Shown: positions 1 to 11,830 of the stretch, one piece after another
Numbering within the stretch: the stretch's first letter is position 1
How the letters are laid out: each line of letters begins with the position of its first letter
Source: Anthoceros angustus
Taxonomy: Eukaryota; Plantae; Anthocerotophyta
Length of the DNA: 40,993 bases
Assembly (NCBI GenBank): GCA_010909165.1
Contig: VJWM01000358.1
Coordinates: 1-40,993 of the forward strand
Reading direction: 5' to 3'
Position numbers and translations under genes: made by a program
The notes under the pieces: generated by a model
Told to the model about the DNA's origin: nothing
Databases searched by the model: none
What the model saw: the letters and a program-made list of their open reading frames with translations, nothing else

Positions 1-1639
1 AGACGAAGAGCATCCGTACAGAGAGCACAGTTCCTATTCGATCCCAGACACAGGCTGAAGCGTGCCAGTTCCACTGCCTCCGGATCAGGAAGCCCGACCC
101 TTGTCCACAAGCTCCCAAAGCTGATCCCACATGGACAACTGCCATCAATTGTGTAGCCTAAATATTTCTTGGTTCATGAATTTCGTTACAGCCGAGGGGA
201 GCATTGAGCATCCACTCACTCTGAAGTGAGGTGGAGAACTTGTCAATGAAGGTAGTAAAGTGACAAACCTGCAAAACCTCGCAGTCCAATCAACCTTCCA
301 GCGCTTGGCAGGAAGTACAGTGCAGTCCTTTGCAGTTATTCAATTCGCATTCAAACATCCTGCAACATTGCAACACCGACAATGTTGCAGCAACGAGAAT
401 CCATTCATGAGAAAGAATGCAGTTATGCCCTTACCATGCAACCACCATGCAAGCCTGCTGTACTTCAGTCACGAATTCTTGCCAAACGTCTCATATCCAG
501 GCAAAGATAGTCGCATGTGCTAGAAATCCTGAAAAGAACGGGTAGTAGTGTCGGTTGCTGGATCAGCAACGTCCCAATTTGCTGGATTATGCAGCCCGTC
601 GGAGAGATTGGCCATGGACATGGCTAGAGTCATCCAGTCAAGTCTTCTACCGCTCAACTACAGTCCTCAACCTGGTTTCAGCTTCGAGCTTTGTAGGCTG
701 CCGCACTTAGCACAATGGATGTAAAGCTGAGAGTCTGAGTTAGGGACCCCAGCAGCAAGCACCACTTTCGGATTTTGACTTGCCTGACCAGCAGAGTGGA
801 GTGAGCGGCGGACTCAGATGACACCGAGCCTTCGTTGCACAAAACTCTGCACCCGAAGGGCGTGTGAACTCGAGACTCTGCACTCACAGCTCACAGTCAC
901 TGAATGACGAAGAGGTATGATTCCCAGCTAGGGCAGAGCTGGGAGGATCTTCCAGTCTCATCAGCATGCATGAATGGCCAGTAACGACATCGTGCCCTGC
1001 TCCTGCGTTGTGCCTGCAAGCAAGCTGCAGGAATGGTGGATTCTGCATGAGATGGTGAGGCATATGCCCAGTGGATTAGGGTGTTGCAGGTGGTTGCAGC
1101 GAGGTTGTCAAGGTTCCGATTCGGATTAGCATATGCTACCTTGGTGTGCACGTCTTGTGAGCAACTGCACCGCATCGGCTTGCTCCTCACCTGGCTGCAA
1201 CAGGCGGGTTGAGGATGATGACGTCTACCACTGCGTAGATGCGAAGCGAAAGATGATCCTTGAGTCCCCAGCTTCTCCGAAGTGGAAACCAAGCTTCTTA
1301 GGGTAAAGTATGTACTTAACTCATTAGGTTTAGGACGCGGCATCACCTAGCACCTAATTTGCTGCCTTGAGTCGAGGAGACGACTCTCCTTCTCCTGACT
1401 TGGTCCATCCCTTTGCCTGCAGAGACTGGATGGAGGAAGTCCGGTGCGAAGCCAGTCTTATCCCGTTCGGGCGTGGACGTTTCCACGCGTTCGCCACAGA
1501 GACCACCTTTTACATCGCTGAAAGCACAGTGTAGCATGGCGGACGAGGCAAGGACTGGCGCGCGCTGCCGGCTCGGCGGCGGCGGCTGCTGGACTGCCTG
1601 GCCCGGAATGATTTGGGCCGTCCACCCCGTCTTGAAGAG

Positions 1640-1760
1640 GATGAACGGTTTTGTGCGTGTTGCTGTCTTCCTACACACAAGGCTGCCACATTTTCACATG
1701 CAAGAGGCACACAAATGTCACGGAATTGGGTACAACCATGCCTTCCTGACATCCTTCTGT
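1640..1760 (-). pseudogene. PLS-class PPR gene fragment
   Basis: Minus strand reads QEGMVVPNSVTFVCLL, then after a frameshift ACENVAALCVGRQQHAQ. This matches the PLS-PPR pattern G..PN.VTF..LL.AC....AL..G.Q.H. No long ORF. Confidence 0.65.
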
Positions 1761-3301
1761 TCGAGAACCTCGAGACAAGAACCTGGAGACAATCGCTGAT
1801 AGAATGCAGGGTCGAACCTCCTCTGGTGAATATTTTCGGATCAGTTTCTTCATAATCTCGCTTTCATGATAATCAGGTTCTTCGTACAGCCGTGCAGCAG
1901 CTCGAACCCTGCCATCTCATGACACGTACAGCTGGTCCTAATTCTGCAGTCAAGAGGAAGCTCACTACATCTCTAGAACATTTACAAACCAAAAATCTAT
2001 CCTACCCAGCCAGGAGATCCATCAGGGATCAGTTTCAGGGCTGGACCCTGTAAACTGGAGACAGGGTCCCGCCAGGTCACGACAGTTTCCTGGGGCCTCC
2101 GCAGGACTCCTGAAGGAAACAGACTTAGGCAGAGAAATCGTCCTTCCTTCAACACAAATCCGTGCACGCCATCCTAGCTCCTGCTGCAGGGGCAGCACAG
2201 TGCCGAAAATGACCTGACTTGGAAACCCACCACAGAGGAGCCCTCATCTGGCACCTGCCTTTGGACGAGTAACAGGCACGTTATCAGTAGGAAAATGGTC
2301 ACATCGAGGGACACAGTCGAGGCTAGCCAAAATCCAGGGCGCTTTGCCTACCATTTCATCCCTGCATTAGGACCAGGATGGCAACCAGGTGAATAAGATG
2401 TGAAGTGACGTCTTCTTGCAGTAATCGAATCCTTCAAGAGACGGAATGACAGAACAATGACAATCCCGTTCGCATTAGTACATGAGTTGGGCGACCCAAA
2501 ATCCCCAAAACAGAGCGCCCCAGATGCCCATTTGGAAATACATGGAAGGCTCGATACGAATGTGGTTCTGCTGTTTCCAAAATGCCGAACTTTGAGAAGA
2601 AGTCACCAAACAACACACACATTCTACACACCAATCCCATAGCAAGTCGATGCGTCTACAGTGCATTGGTGCTGTAGCCATAGATAACGGAGTTCCCACC
2701 ACAGAATACCCAGCTGAGATGCACCCACCAGAAATTGGTAGGCAGCCTCTTCAGAAGAGTGATTCCCTCGGATGTAAAGAATATTCATGAAACGACAACA
2801 AATATGCAGCCCAGTGCCTTCACAACCCATGGTCTGGTGCCTACAGGTCCATTTCGTGGGAACTGAGTGGGACTGCTCTGATCAGTCAAGCTCTTGCAGC
2901 CAGGCTTGCTTGTCCCCGGCTCGCCAGTTGTTAGAAGATACTGAAGCACAGATGAAGTTTGAATTAGCCATTACTCATGGAGCAGGGCAGGATGTCATTC
3001 CTGGCCATTCATGCATGCTCAGACCGGAGCATCCCTCCCTTCACCAACCAGGGGCCTGCTGTTGTTCATGAATTCTGGAACGTGTTCAAGAGTCACAATT
3101 GAACCACTCAAAAGATGAATTCAGAGGTGGCCATCAGCAAAGACTGATGTGAAACAAAGCAGGATTGGGCTACACATCCTTATACCACTACCCAATCACG
3201 TGGTGCAGATCGCTCCTCCAGTCATGTACCAAATCCCGGGGTGATGCTGCAACACACGTCGTTTGAGTAGCTCCCATCAGAGTTTCTCATAAACACGTCT
3301 G

Positions 3302-6300
3302 TCAATTCCCTCTGCATACACGTTGGGCACACCCATGCCACTCGTCCTCCCTCAGGCCTTTTCCGAAATTGCACCTATGCAGTTGGAATATCTCGCCGAT
3401 GTGATCCTTTACCAACGGCTTGACCAGATCCTCAGGGTAATCCATGCCTCCTTCACGGAAATGTCCTGGTCCGCCGATGGACCTGTCAGGTTGAGATCTA
3501 CCTTGGACAGGTCTGCGTCCAGAGAGGCCGCAGTGAGATACAGCGCTCCATCCAAGCTGGTGAAGGGTCGGGAACCGCATTCCCAATGCCGGCAGCCACA
3601 TGTAGGCCAGCTTTCACTAGGAAAACCAAAACCTTGATACCTCTGATTGCTAGGGCCTGATCCACTTCCACTTCGCATCCTCCAATGTCAAGTCGAATCC
3701 AGTTTGGCCCTCCACGATGTGATTCCCAAAGATATTTTCGCACATGAAGTGCAGCTTAGCTGCTTTGCCCACACGCACCCCTGCAATCAACCTCTGTACT
3801 ACACCCACGTCTGCAGTGGTGATGTAGGGACGTCTGGGTATCTGACTGCTTTCTAATTCTGCAGAGAAATTCATAATCTCATCCATCTTAGAAAGCAAAA
3901 TTGTTGAGTAGCTTCCTGCTCAGCCCTGATAGCGCTCATCTCATGTTGGATAAGTTGCAAAGTCTCGCCAATTCTATCCACTTTGACTCCCACTGCTTTC
4001 ACCTCTGTCTCCACCATTTTCACGTTGTGCTTCAAAGCTCTTATCCCTTGAATGATGGTTTGCAGTTGCTCCCCATCTCCGAGTGAGTTGTTCCAGGGAG
4101 GGATATAGTACGTCGGACGCTGGCAGACCGAGACGTTTGAACTGGTGCGTCTTGTTGTGCGAGCACCCCTTTCTCAGGCAGGACTTCCTCTACAGCTGCA
4201 TCTATGTTGGATATGGTTTGAAGGAGACCTGTTCGTCGCCTTTGCAAGACATCCAAGAGTTCACCAGCACTTAAGAGCTCAGCTCGCTCAAAGGCATTCC
4301 TCAAAGGCTTCAGGACATTCTGGCCACCACCATTTGAAGTCGGCCAGATCCCATGAGGAGAAAATCTCCCTGTACACTCATGTTGGTCTGGAAAACACGC
4401 TTCAGCAAATCCTGCGTTAGCACTGACTGATTATGCCGGTAGATACAGAGTGAGGTTTTCGACACACTCGGTCCTGATAATTCCTTCCACAAGCTCGACT
4501 CCCGGACTGCCTTCAGGGAAGCACAAAAGATTTCAACTTTGCAATCACATGCTCCTTGAGAAACTCGATAGTTTCATCTTTGCTCTTGGATGACCTCACC
4601 AGAATATCGATATGGTCACCGATGTCCCGGTGTCCTCTCCGATATCCCCACTGCTTTCCAAAACACATCCATACCATCACACCAAAACTTGATGAGGTTG
4701 CGTTCAATACGATATTGCAAGGTTGCCATAGAATCCGAACAAATCCTTTCGAAGGCAGACCTACAATACGCAAACCTCCACAATGTCAGTAAACAGGTTG
4801 AAGACACACACCATCGACACAAAGACATGTTGGTAGTTATCGTACTTGGAATCTAGGAAAAAGCCTGGACCAAGAAACGTCTTCGTCTTGTCAAGGCACT
4901 GTAACCTCCTTCCGAGGTAGATGTAATTGCTTGCTGTATCAGCAGTTTCCCAGTTCAACTGTCGTCTCCAGGAAGAGCGTCACCATTACCGGCGGCCATG
5001 GTGAAGGGAACAAAGAATCCGACACGTCGAGTCCCATCCTCTTCATAGCATAAGTTGAGAGTGGTCATCAACGATACCAGATGTTGCCTTTCAATCCTCC
5101 GCTTGTGTGCCTCTGAGAATCTCATCCAAGGTGGAATGAAGCAGACTTTGAGCAACAAATCCATCTGAGGAATACGACAAACTACTAGTAGACGGAGACA
5201 TGCTGTGGTTAGAAGGTGAATGAGTCGCCCTAAAAATTGTGACTCATCCAGTGTGGATTTATCACCACAACATCTGTATCTTGAAAACAGATGATACTAC
5301 CCACATCATGCAAATAGGCAAGAATGGCTCCAATCGTTCCCCTCATCTTGAACCCCACCTTCGTGGAGACTCTTCAGCTCGTTTTGGAACAAAGTTTGAA
5401 GTTGCTGTTTCCTCACCATTGGTTGAGCTGGATGTTGGGATACCCAGGCAGTCAAATCAGCACTCAATCGGTTGCATACCTCGGGTACCCAAAACAGTTT
5501 AGTTGCAAATAGAGCTCGAAACGATTCCATGAGTGCGTCCAGCAAGGGCTTCACACTCTTGGCAGATCGAGCGTCCATGGAGAAGAGTGTTTTGTTTCCA
5601 CGTGAACAACCTGTTCAAACTCGGTGGCCAACTCTGTCAGAACGGGTTGAAGGAGATTGGTAATGCTTCAGCATCAGAACGCTTCATCTTATCCACATGA
5701 GTTGCCACCACAAATATTTGAGGCAAAGTAGAGCCCACGTTGCGACAATTGGAGTTGATGAACCTAAGCCAGTACGCCAAGCTCCTTCTGAACCTGTCCT
5801 GCAGGACATTAGACGGATGCACTTGGGGAGGTTTCCGATCATCAAATGGGCTGAACGCAAACAGGAAGATACATGCTTGGTTGAAGGTCGGAAAAGGTAG
5901 TCTTGCAGAGCTCGGTAGTGAGCTTGTCCAGCCAGATCCCACATGGTAACTTGCATATCATGGTCGTTGCGCAACACCTCGATTTCTATGCCTTCCGTTC
6001 TGGTACCGGTGACGGAAGCCATCCGTCGCCAAGCACGAAATATTTTTCCCTTCAGTCGAGCTAGAACTTGGCTGAGCTGGAACTCGGGTGATGCGGCTGT
6101 GTCGTCTCCATGCGCGAATCATGGTGGTGCGGAGAGTGGTCTTCCTGCCAAAGGGCACCGCACAGGAAGAGGCGCCCAGCCTTGGGCCTCACAGGCCCTT
6201 GCCTGCCCACGAGCAAAGGCCAGTAAGCCTCTTGAGTGGCATTGCCTGCCAAGGCTGCATTGATGATTGCGTCCTTCCTTCCGCTTCCCATGTTGTCCCC

Positions 6301-7465
6301 TGGATGTTGATCTCCGTAACGTCTTGTTGACTTGAATACAGTTCATCAAGTCTCTAAACATGTCATGATCCAGGGCGTCCCAGCCAGAAATGTCGAGCTT
6401 TTTCAGAGATGCGTTGCCCTCCAAGGATCTCAGCAACTCTTTCTTGAACGAGGCGTGGCCCTTGAGCGATCCCCAAGTCCACGCAGTGCTTTGCATTCCG
6501 GGAGCAACTGGACAAGGCGCATCCACACATCCGTCGCAGCTGATGGCGTACTGAGTCCCGGAGACGAAGTTCAGATATGGTGGAGTTGTGGCGTAACCCG
6601 TCCAGGCCGTGGATGAGAGCATATGGAGTGGTGACAAGCATCTCGATACGATCGTTGGTGCGCAGCATTCCGGCCAGGGCGTCTGCCAGGCCTGCCTCCC
6701 CATCCTTCGAGATATCCAAATAAAGCTGTGTGACGCCAGAGATGGAGGCATTCTCATCCTCATCCGCGCGGGTGAAAGCAAGTTTGAGCACAGTGCCCAT
6801 GGGCCTGAGGCCCGGGAATGGGACCCGCAATGCAACGATCCAACGCCAGATACCGGAGCGTGGCACAGAGCGGAAGAGCATTTGCAATACACTGGGCTCC
6901 CGCCACATCCATGCCGATGTCCAGTGACAGCTTGAGACGGGGAGCCGTGGCCAGAATGCGGGCCAGGTGCTGTGCCCCTTCAGCACCTCCCACCTCGTTC
7001 CTGTAAGACCAACTCCAGGACAGAATCCTTGTTGAAGCCTTTGGCCAGGGCACCCAGTCCCGCGGCATCAAGCCCAAGCTGAAAGGAAAGCTGCGACTGG
7101 ATGCAACAAGCTGGCCCAGAGCCTCGCAAGCCGCCTGCCTTCCAAAACCTTTACAAAACAGAGATATTTCCAGGGAAGGGTTGGACGCCAGGCCCCCAAC
7201 AGAACCGACACTTCATCCTCCCGATCCAAGCCGATGGCCCACTGACTCAATGGTTATGTCCTCGAGACTGCGGCAGTTGGAATGGCTGTCAACACCGCTT
7301 GCGCACTCGCCAGTGCCTTCCCTCATCACCACGGATTCGATCAGTGAAGTAGCCGCCATACTCTCCAGATCGGGTAGGATGACGGCATTCCGGCCCAGAT
7401 CTAGCAGCAGCTGCTAGCTGAACCGGCAGCGCGCGCCAATCCTCCGCCTCATGCTCTTCCGCCAT
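3302..7465 (-). CDS. TRN1-like: TORNADO1-like LRR-Roc-COR (ROCO) protein, about 1,390 codons, apparently intronless; frameshifted in this sequence (assembly error or pseudogene)
   Basis: ATG at 7465 (MAEEHEAEDW). Ribonuclease-inhibitor-type LRR segments at about 6300-7200 (GAQHLARILATAPRL, GEAGLADALAGMLRTNDRIEML, SLEGNASLKKLDISG). Roc P-loop remnant GRKTTLRTTM near 6140 and G3 motif MWDLAGQAHY near 5930. COR-type LVSLMTTLNLCYE near 5060. TRN1-family YLGRRLQCLDKTKTFLGPGFF near 4900, LHFMCE..GNHIVEGQTG near 3730, KAGLHVAAGIGNAVPD near 3600. Stop at 3302-3304. Total length is close to that of angiosperm TRN1. Confidence 0.85.
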
Positions 7466-7497
7466 GCTCTGCTATGCTGTGCTATGCTGTGCTATGC
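7466..7497 (+). repeat. (GCTAT/GCTGT)n pentamer microsatellite immediately 5' of the TRN1-like start codon
   Basis: gctctgctatgctgtgctatgctgtgctatgc; a shorter version is present in the duplicate copy near 8758-8785. Confidence 0.7.
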
Positions 7498-8131
7498 TTC
7501 CCGGACTGCTAGAATGGAATGAGGGCCAGACAGGTGCAGCTCCTCCAGGCCACACCACATCCCGCGGCCTTCAGCCCTGGCAGCCAGGCCCCACGCAGCG
7601 AAACTTCTCACATGAACGGCGAAACAGCCCAAACTTAAACATGCTAAAATAAGTAAATGGGAATGGGAATTTGTCCGGGTCAGTCCAGATCGGGACACCG
7701 GAACGGAACGGGAAAGGGCTCCCGTGCACGGTCCCTGTGATGAATGATGGGCTGGGTTGGGTTGGGTTGGGTGTCCATGGAAACTGAATCCAGCCTACAA
7801 ACCCTTTTACTTCTAATTTTCGATAACATGATCTTTCATGAATCTAAGCTCATCAGGGTCTGGCAGCCAGAATGTGAAAGGGAACAACACGCGCACCAAA
7901 GTCAGCGTATGGGGAAGGGTTCCAAGTGCAATGATATTGCGGATATAACCCATGGTGTTTCTCCACAAGTGAATAGCAGGGTATCAGTATTGTTTTCTCT
8001 TTCCAATAGATTTCCAGTGGACATACATAAAGTTGTTGTTATTGTTGTTGCATATGAACATTCTGGAGAGGGCATATGGACGTCCTTGGCATCAATGGTT
8101 CATGACTGTCGAGAATGGTGATGAGTTTATA

Positions 8132-8422
8132 TTATAGGCTGCAAATGTTGCAACAATCGGTAATCCTGCACCTTTCCGAAGGCCATGGATGTGTCGACCA
8201 GGTGAGAAAATCCTTCAGCACAATGGCACACGTGGCTGAAGTGTCGGACAGTGGTGTCGACCAGTTAATGGTTTCTACAGTGGGGTTCGGCAATCTATTG
8301 AGCAAGTTGGTGCTGCTGTTGCTCACGGTTTTTTTTTGCAAAGCCACGCTTTCGACGCTCTCCACAACCAAATCACCCTGGATAGGAAGGATGGAAACAC
8401 ACCTTCCCTTCCTCACCTTCAA
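8132..8422 (-). pseudogene. LRR remnant resembling the LRR region of NLR-type resistance proteins
   Basis: LLNRLPNPTVETINWSTPL...LKDFLTWSTHPWPSERCRITDCCNICSL resembles NLR LxxLxIxxCxxL repeats. No NB-ARC motifs seen. Confidence 0.4.
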
Positions 8423-8496
8423 GAATGTGAAGCAAAATTCCAGTTAGATGGATATCGGAGATGGCGTGAGCGATTTTCCGCGTTGTCTAGTGTCAC

Positions 8497-8757
8497 ATGA
8501 ATTTCCGGTGAAGGGTTGACGCCAGCAACGTAACCGACACTTCATCCTCCCGATCCGCTGGTGGCCACGCCTGCTCAATGTATGAACTCGAGATCGCCGT
8601 GGCAATGGTGTTACCGCATGACTGCCAGTGCTTCCCTCATCACCACGGATTCGATCGAAGTAGCACATACTCTTCTTCAATATGCGCCGAAGTTCCATGA
8701 GATTCTTTCTAGGATGGCTGCAATGAACTCAGAAACCCCCAGCCCGCCTTCCGCCAT
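8497..8757 (-). pseudogene. Truncated 5' fragment of a second TRN1-like gene
   Basis: Diverged copy of 7163-7465, including the ATG context ccgccatgctctgctatgc (CAT at 8755-8757). It ends after about 260 nt at the duplication junction. Confidence 0.8.
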
Positions 8758-9446
8758 GCTCTGCTATGCGAGGCCGTGCTATGCTTCCAACACTAGAATG
8801 GAATGAGGCCAGGCAGTCCTCCAGCACCACATCCCGCCTTTCAAAGCGCAAACACTTCAATAAAACTTCCCACATACTTTCAAACTTAAACATAAAATAA
8901 GTAAATGGGAATGGAATTTGTCCGGGTCGACCCAAGTAAATCGGAAGTAACGGAACGACTCCGTGCGGTCCCTGTGATGAATGATGGGTTGGGTTGGGTT
9001 TGGGTGTCCATGGAAGCTGGATCCAGCCTAGAAACCCTTTTACTTATAATTTTCGATAACATGATCTTTCATGAATCTAAGCTCACTGGGTCGGCAGCTG
9101 TGAAAGGGAACAACACCCTCTCCCAAACCATAAGTCAGTATGGGGAAGGGTTCCAAGTGCAATGATATTGCGGATATAACCCATGGTGTTTCTCAGTGAA
9201 TAGCGTGGTATTGTCCTTTTCTCTTTCCAATAGATTTCGGTGGACATACATAAAGTTGTTGTTATTGTTGTTGCATATGAACATTCTCCGGAGGCATATG
9301 GACGTCCTTGCCATCAATCCTCCTCAAGAGGGCATATGGACGTCCTTGGCATCAATGGTTCATGAGCATGAATGGTGATGAGTTTATATTATAGGCTGCA
9401 AATGTTGCAACCTAATCGTAATCCTGCACCTTTCCGTAAGGCCATG
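8497..9446 (+). repeat. Tandem duplication, copy 2, left part (resumes at 37284 after the transposon)
   Basis: Matches 7163-8187 up to cctttccg(t)aaggccatg. The continuation gatgtgtcgacc.ggtgagaaaatcc reappears at 37290. Confidence 0.9.
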
Positions 9447-9468
9447 TATGGAATATCCGCCACACGAG
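9447..9468 (+). repeat. Left terminal inverted repeat of the IS3EU-like element
   Basis: TATGGAATATCCGCCACACG versus the right-end reverse complement TATGGAATACCGATCTCCACG: 9 bp perfect, then imperfect. Confidence 0.8.
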
Positions 9469-10398
9469 TCCGTGGTGACTTTCTTCTTTCTGCACGCTAC
9501 GAGGATATGCCACGGAATCTTTCGATACTCACGCATCGATAATACGTGCCACATCACTTCACGGGTTCGGGAAAAACATTCTATCACACGTTCATCGGCC
9601 CGTGTTCCGATGGTGTCATCTGATCTTTTTTGATGACGGTGTTAGGTTTTCATCGGGTCTACACACAAACATGGCGGGCAACACATACACACGGAACTTT
9701 TGTTCGCAGTATGGCCGCGTCACAGAAACCGCCGCAAATCCTCCGCCATCACTATATGCTATGGAAGGATGATGGGAGGCGATCCCTACGTTTGCGTGTG
9801 CTTGCCTACTAACATGCTTGTGCTTGCGGTTGGATGTATGGGATGCGGCTGCAGGAAGATGATCGTAACTTCACCTTTCAAACAACACACGATCACGGCT
9901 AAGGAAACTGTAAATGCGGGCATTACAGATCCGAACATGCTTCACACTATCCCCCTCCTCAACCTCATCAAGCAGGGCAATGTCAAGGCCGTCCTACAAC
10001 GCCCACTAGACACTACACCGCGCATGCTGCTCAACCAAAAAACATCCGAACATATAGCGCTCACCTCATGGTGGGGCGCTACAACAAAACACCTCACGCC
10101 CACAGCGCGGAAGAGCCTCGAGCGGCCCTCCATCCTCTTGTGCTCCGGAACTTGGCTCCTCCGCGTACTGCCCTGTCTTTTCTTGTGGAGGCAGATATCC
10201 CTCCGCACCGGACATGGGAGGTGCACCGATATGGCGCGGGCTGGCAGCACCACTGTGAGGTTGGGGAGGTGTTCATCCCGACACAATGGAAGGGGGACCA
10301 AAGCTGGAAGGCGTGGCGGGGGCGATTGCGGAGGTGGTCGCCCACCACCGCAACCGCATTGCACATTGGCCCGATGGCATGGAGGATGCGGCCATTGC

Positions 10399-11830
10399 TG
10401 TGGCGGGACTTTTGCCGATGGCGGGCGCGCACAATCCGTGTCGTTGTAGGAAGAAGTCCGTTCCCAGGGAATGATAGGCCCGTTTACCGCGTTTGGTGAT
10501 TCTTACCGTCCGCTCGTTCGGTCACACACACATACTCTAACTACTCACAACGTCACGAACTGGTGGCCCAAGCGTTTGAGGACCCGTTCGCGTCGTGTCG
10601 TTCACATACATCCTTCACGCATCCGGTCCTTCTCTCCTCTCACGCTACACTCTTGAGGGTCTTAGAAAAGACGCAGCGGGTTCTTGATCCGGACCTCCTC
10701 CGTCGTTCGGGCTCTCCGTCCGGGCTCTACACCCTCGGAGTTCCTCCGGCTCACGCGTTCAGTCAGGATTGCCTCAGCCGGACCGCGGCTCCGGGGCGAC
10801 ACGGATCACCATCACCCTTCCACGCACACACCACAACAGCGTTAAGTCCGTCACGGGACCTTGATCAATCTCCCGGGGTAGCCATTGCACGCCGGTGACT
10901 CAGACTCACGTTAGCGAAGACTCACAAAGGTGCAGAACGCAGCATCAACCAAGAAGATGCTTTACTGCGGCTCGGCCCCTCTTATCTGCGCCCAAGGTGG
11001 CGTCTTTACACCCCATTCGGGCGATTTCGGTATACCTAATCGGCCGCCTACATTCTCCCCCTATCTCCTTCATTGTGGGAAGGTCCCAGGCCTCGGGAAT
11101 TGGTCCAATCCCGTCACAGCGGTTGGTGCACCAATCGGATGATCGTGAGCGGGACCCCTCCTCTCCCGAATCACAGCCGAGTTGGAGCTCTGGCGGTGAC
11201 AAGCCGTTACCACGGCGTCATCCTCCTGGCCTCCACAGGTCCTTGGCGGTGGGGCCACCCATCGGCTCCCCTAGCGTGAAGTCGAGAGGGGCTCCTCCCT
11301 TCTGCCGCGGTCCTCGAGGTCTGTCTCGACTCACAGAACAGTGAAACTATTCACGGGTCGGCTGGTCCAGAGCCTTGTCTGCAGGTCCGGACCTCGGGGT
11401 CGGTTATTCACCGGGTCCGGACTTGAGGTCCGGACTTATCTACGATGTCCGGACTTGAGTCCGGACTTATTCTGGTCCGGACTTGATTGGGACTTCGTCG
11501 GACAGTCCCTCCCCTCGGGGTCGGGCAAAGTCGGACTCACGCCCGGGTTTCCTCCTCACGGGACTCCTCCGTGGCTCTCCTCAAGTCCTCCATTGTTCCC
11601 GGGTTACTTTCCGTTTATCCTATTTTGACTGGAGTAGGTTCCGGACTTATCCGTTACTCGTAGTCGAGCTTGCCATAGTAGTGCAGGGTCCGTTGTTCAC
11701 TCAGTCCGGTATACTCCGGAGCCTCGTCCGGCGCTACCCCAATTTATTCCTCCTTTTCGCCTTATTTATCCTTCAATCCTAAAAAAGCGAAACCCTACTT
11801 ATTTCTTAACTCCCGAGTGCATAGCCCACA
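10399..11830 (-). repeat. 3' LTR (TG...CA) with an internal ~10-15 bp GGTCCGGACTT tandem array at about 11360-11540
   Basis: Begins tgtggcggga, ends atagcccaca; collinear with 17345-18803. Confidence 0.9.

Larger units (their letters stand above)
7163..8496 (+). repeat. Tandem duplication, copy 1 (TRN1-like 5' end plus upstream region)
   Basis: Collinear with 8497-9446 plus 37284-38160. Shared anchors: aaccgacacttcatcctcccgatcc (about 7203/8532), gaatgatgggytgggttggg (7742/8980), gatatcggagatggc..gagcgattttccgcgttgtctagtgtca (8451-8494/38116-38161). Confidence 0.9.

Noticed and set aside
1-1350. Possible host coding sequence on the minus strand
   Set aside because: Only short fragmented frames are present, with no recognisable motif, so no product could be supported.
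963-3019. 41-bp inverted repeat (963-1003 and 2979-3019, 38/41 identical) as TIRs of a 2 kb element
   Set aside because: No TSD and no transposase. More likely scattered gene-fragment duplicates.
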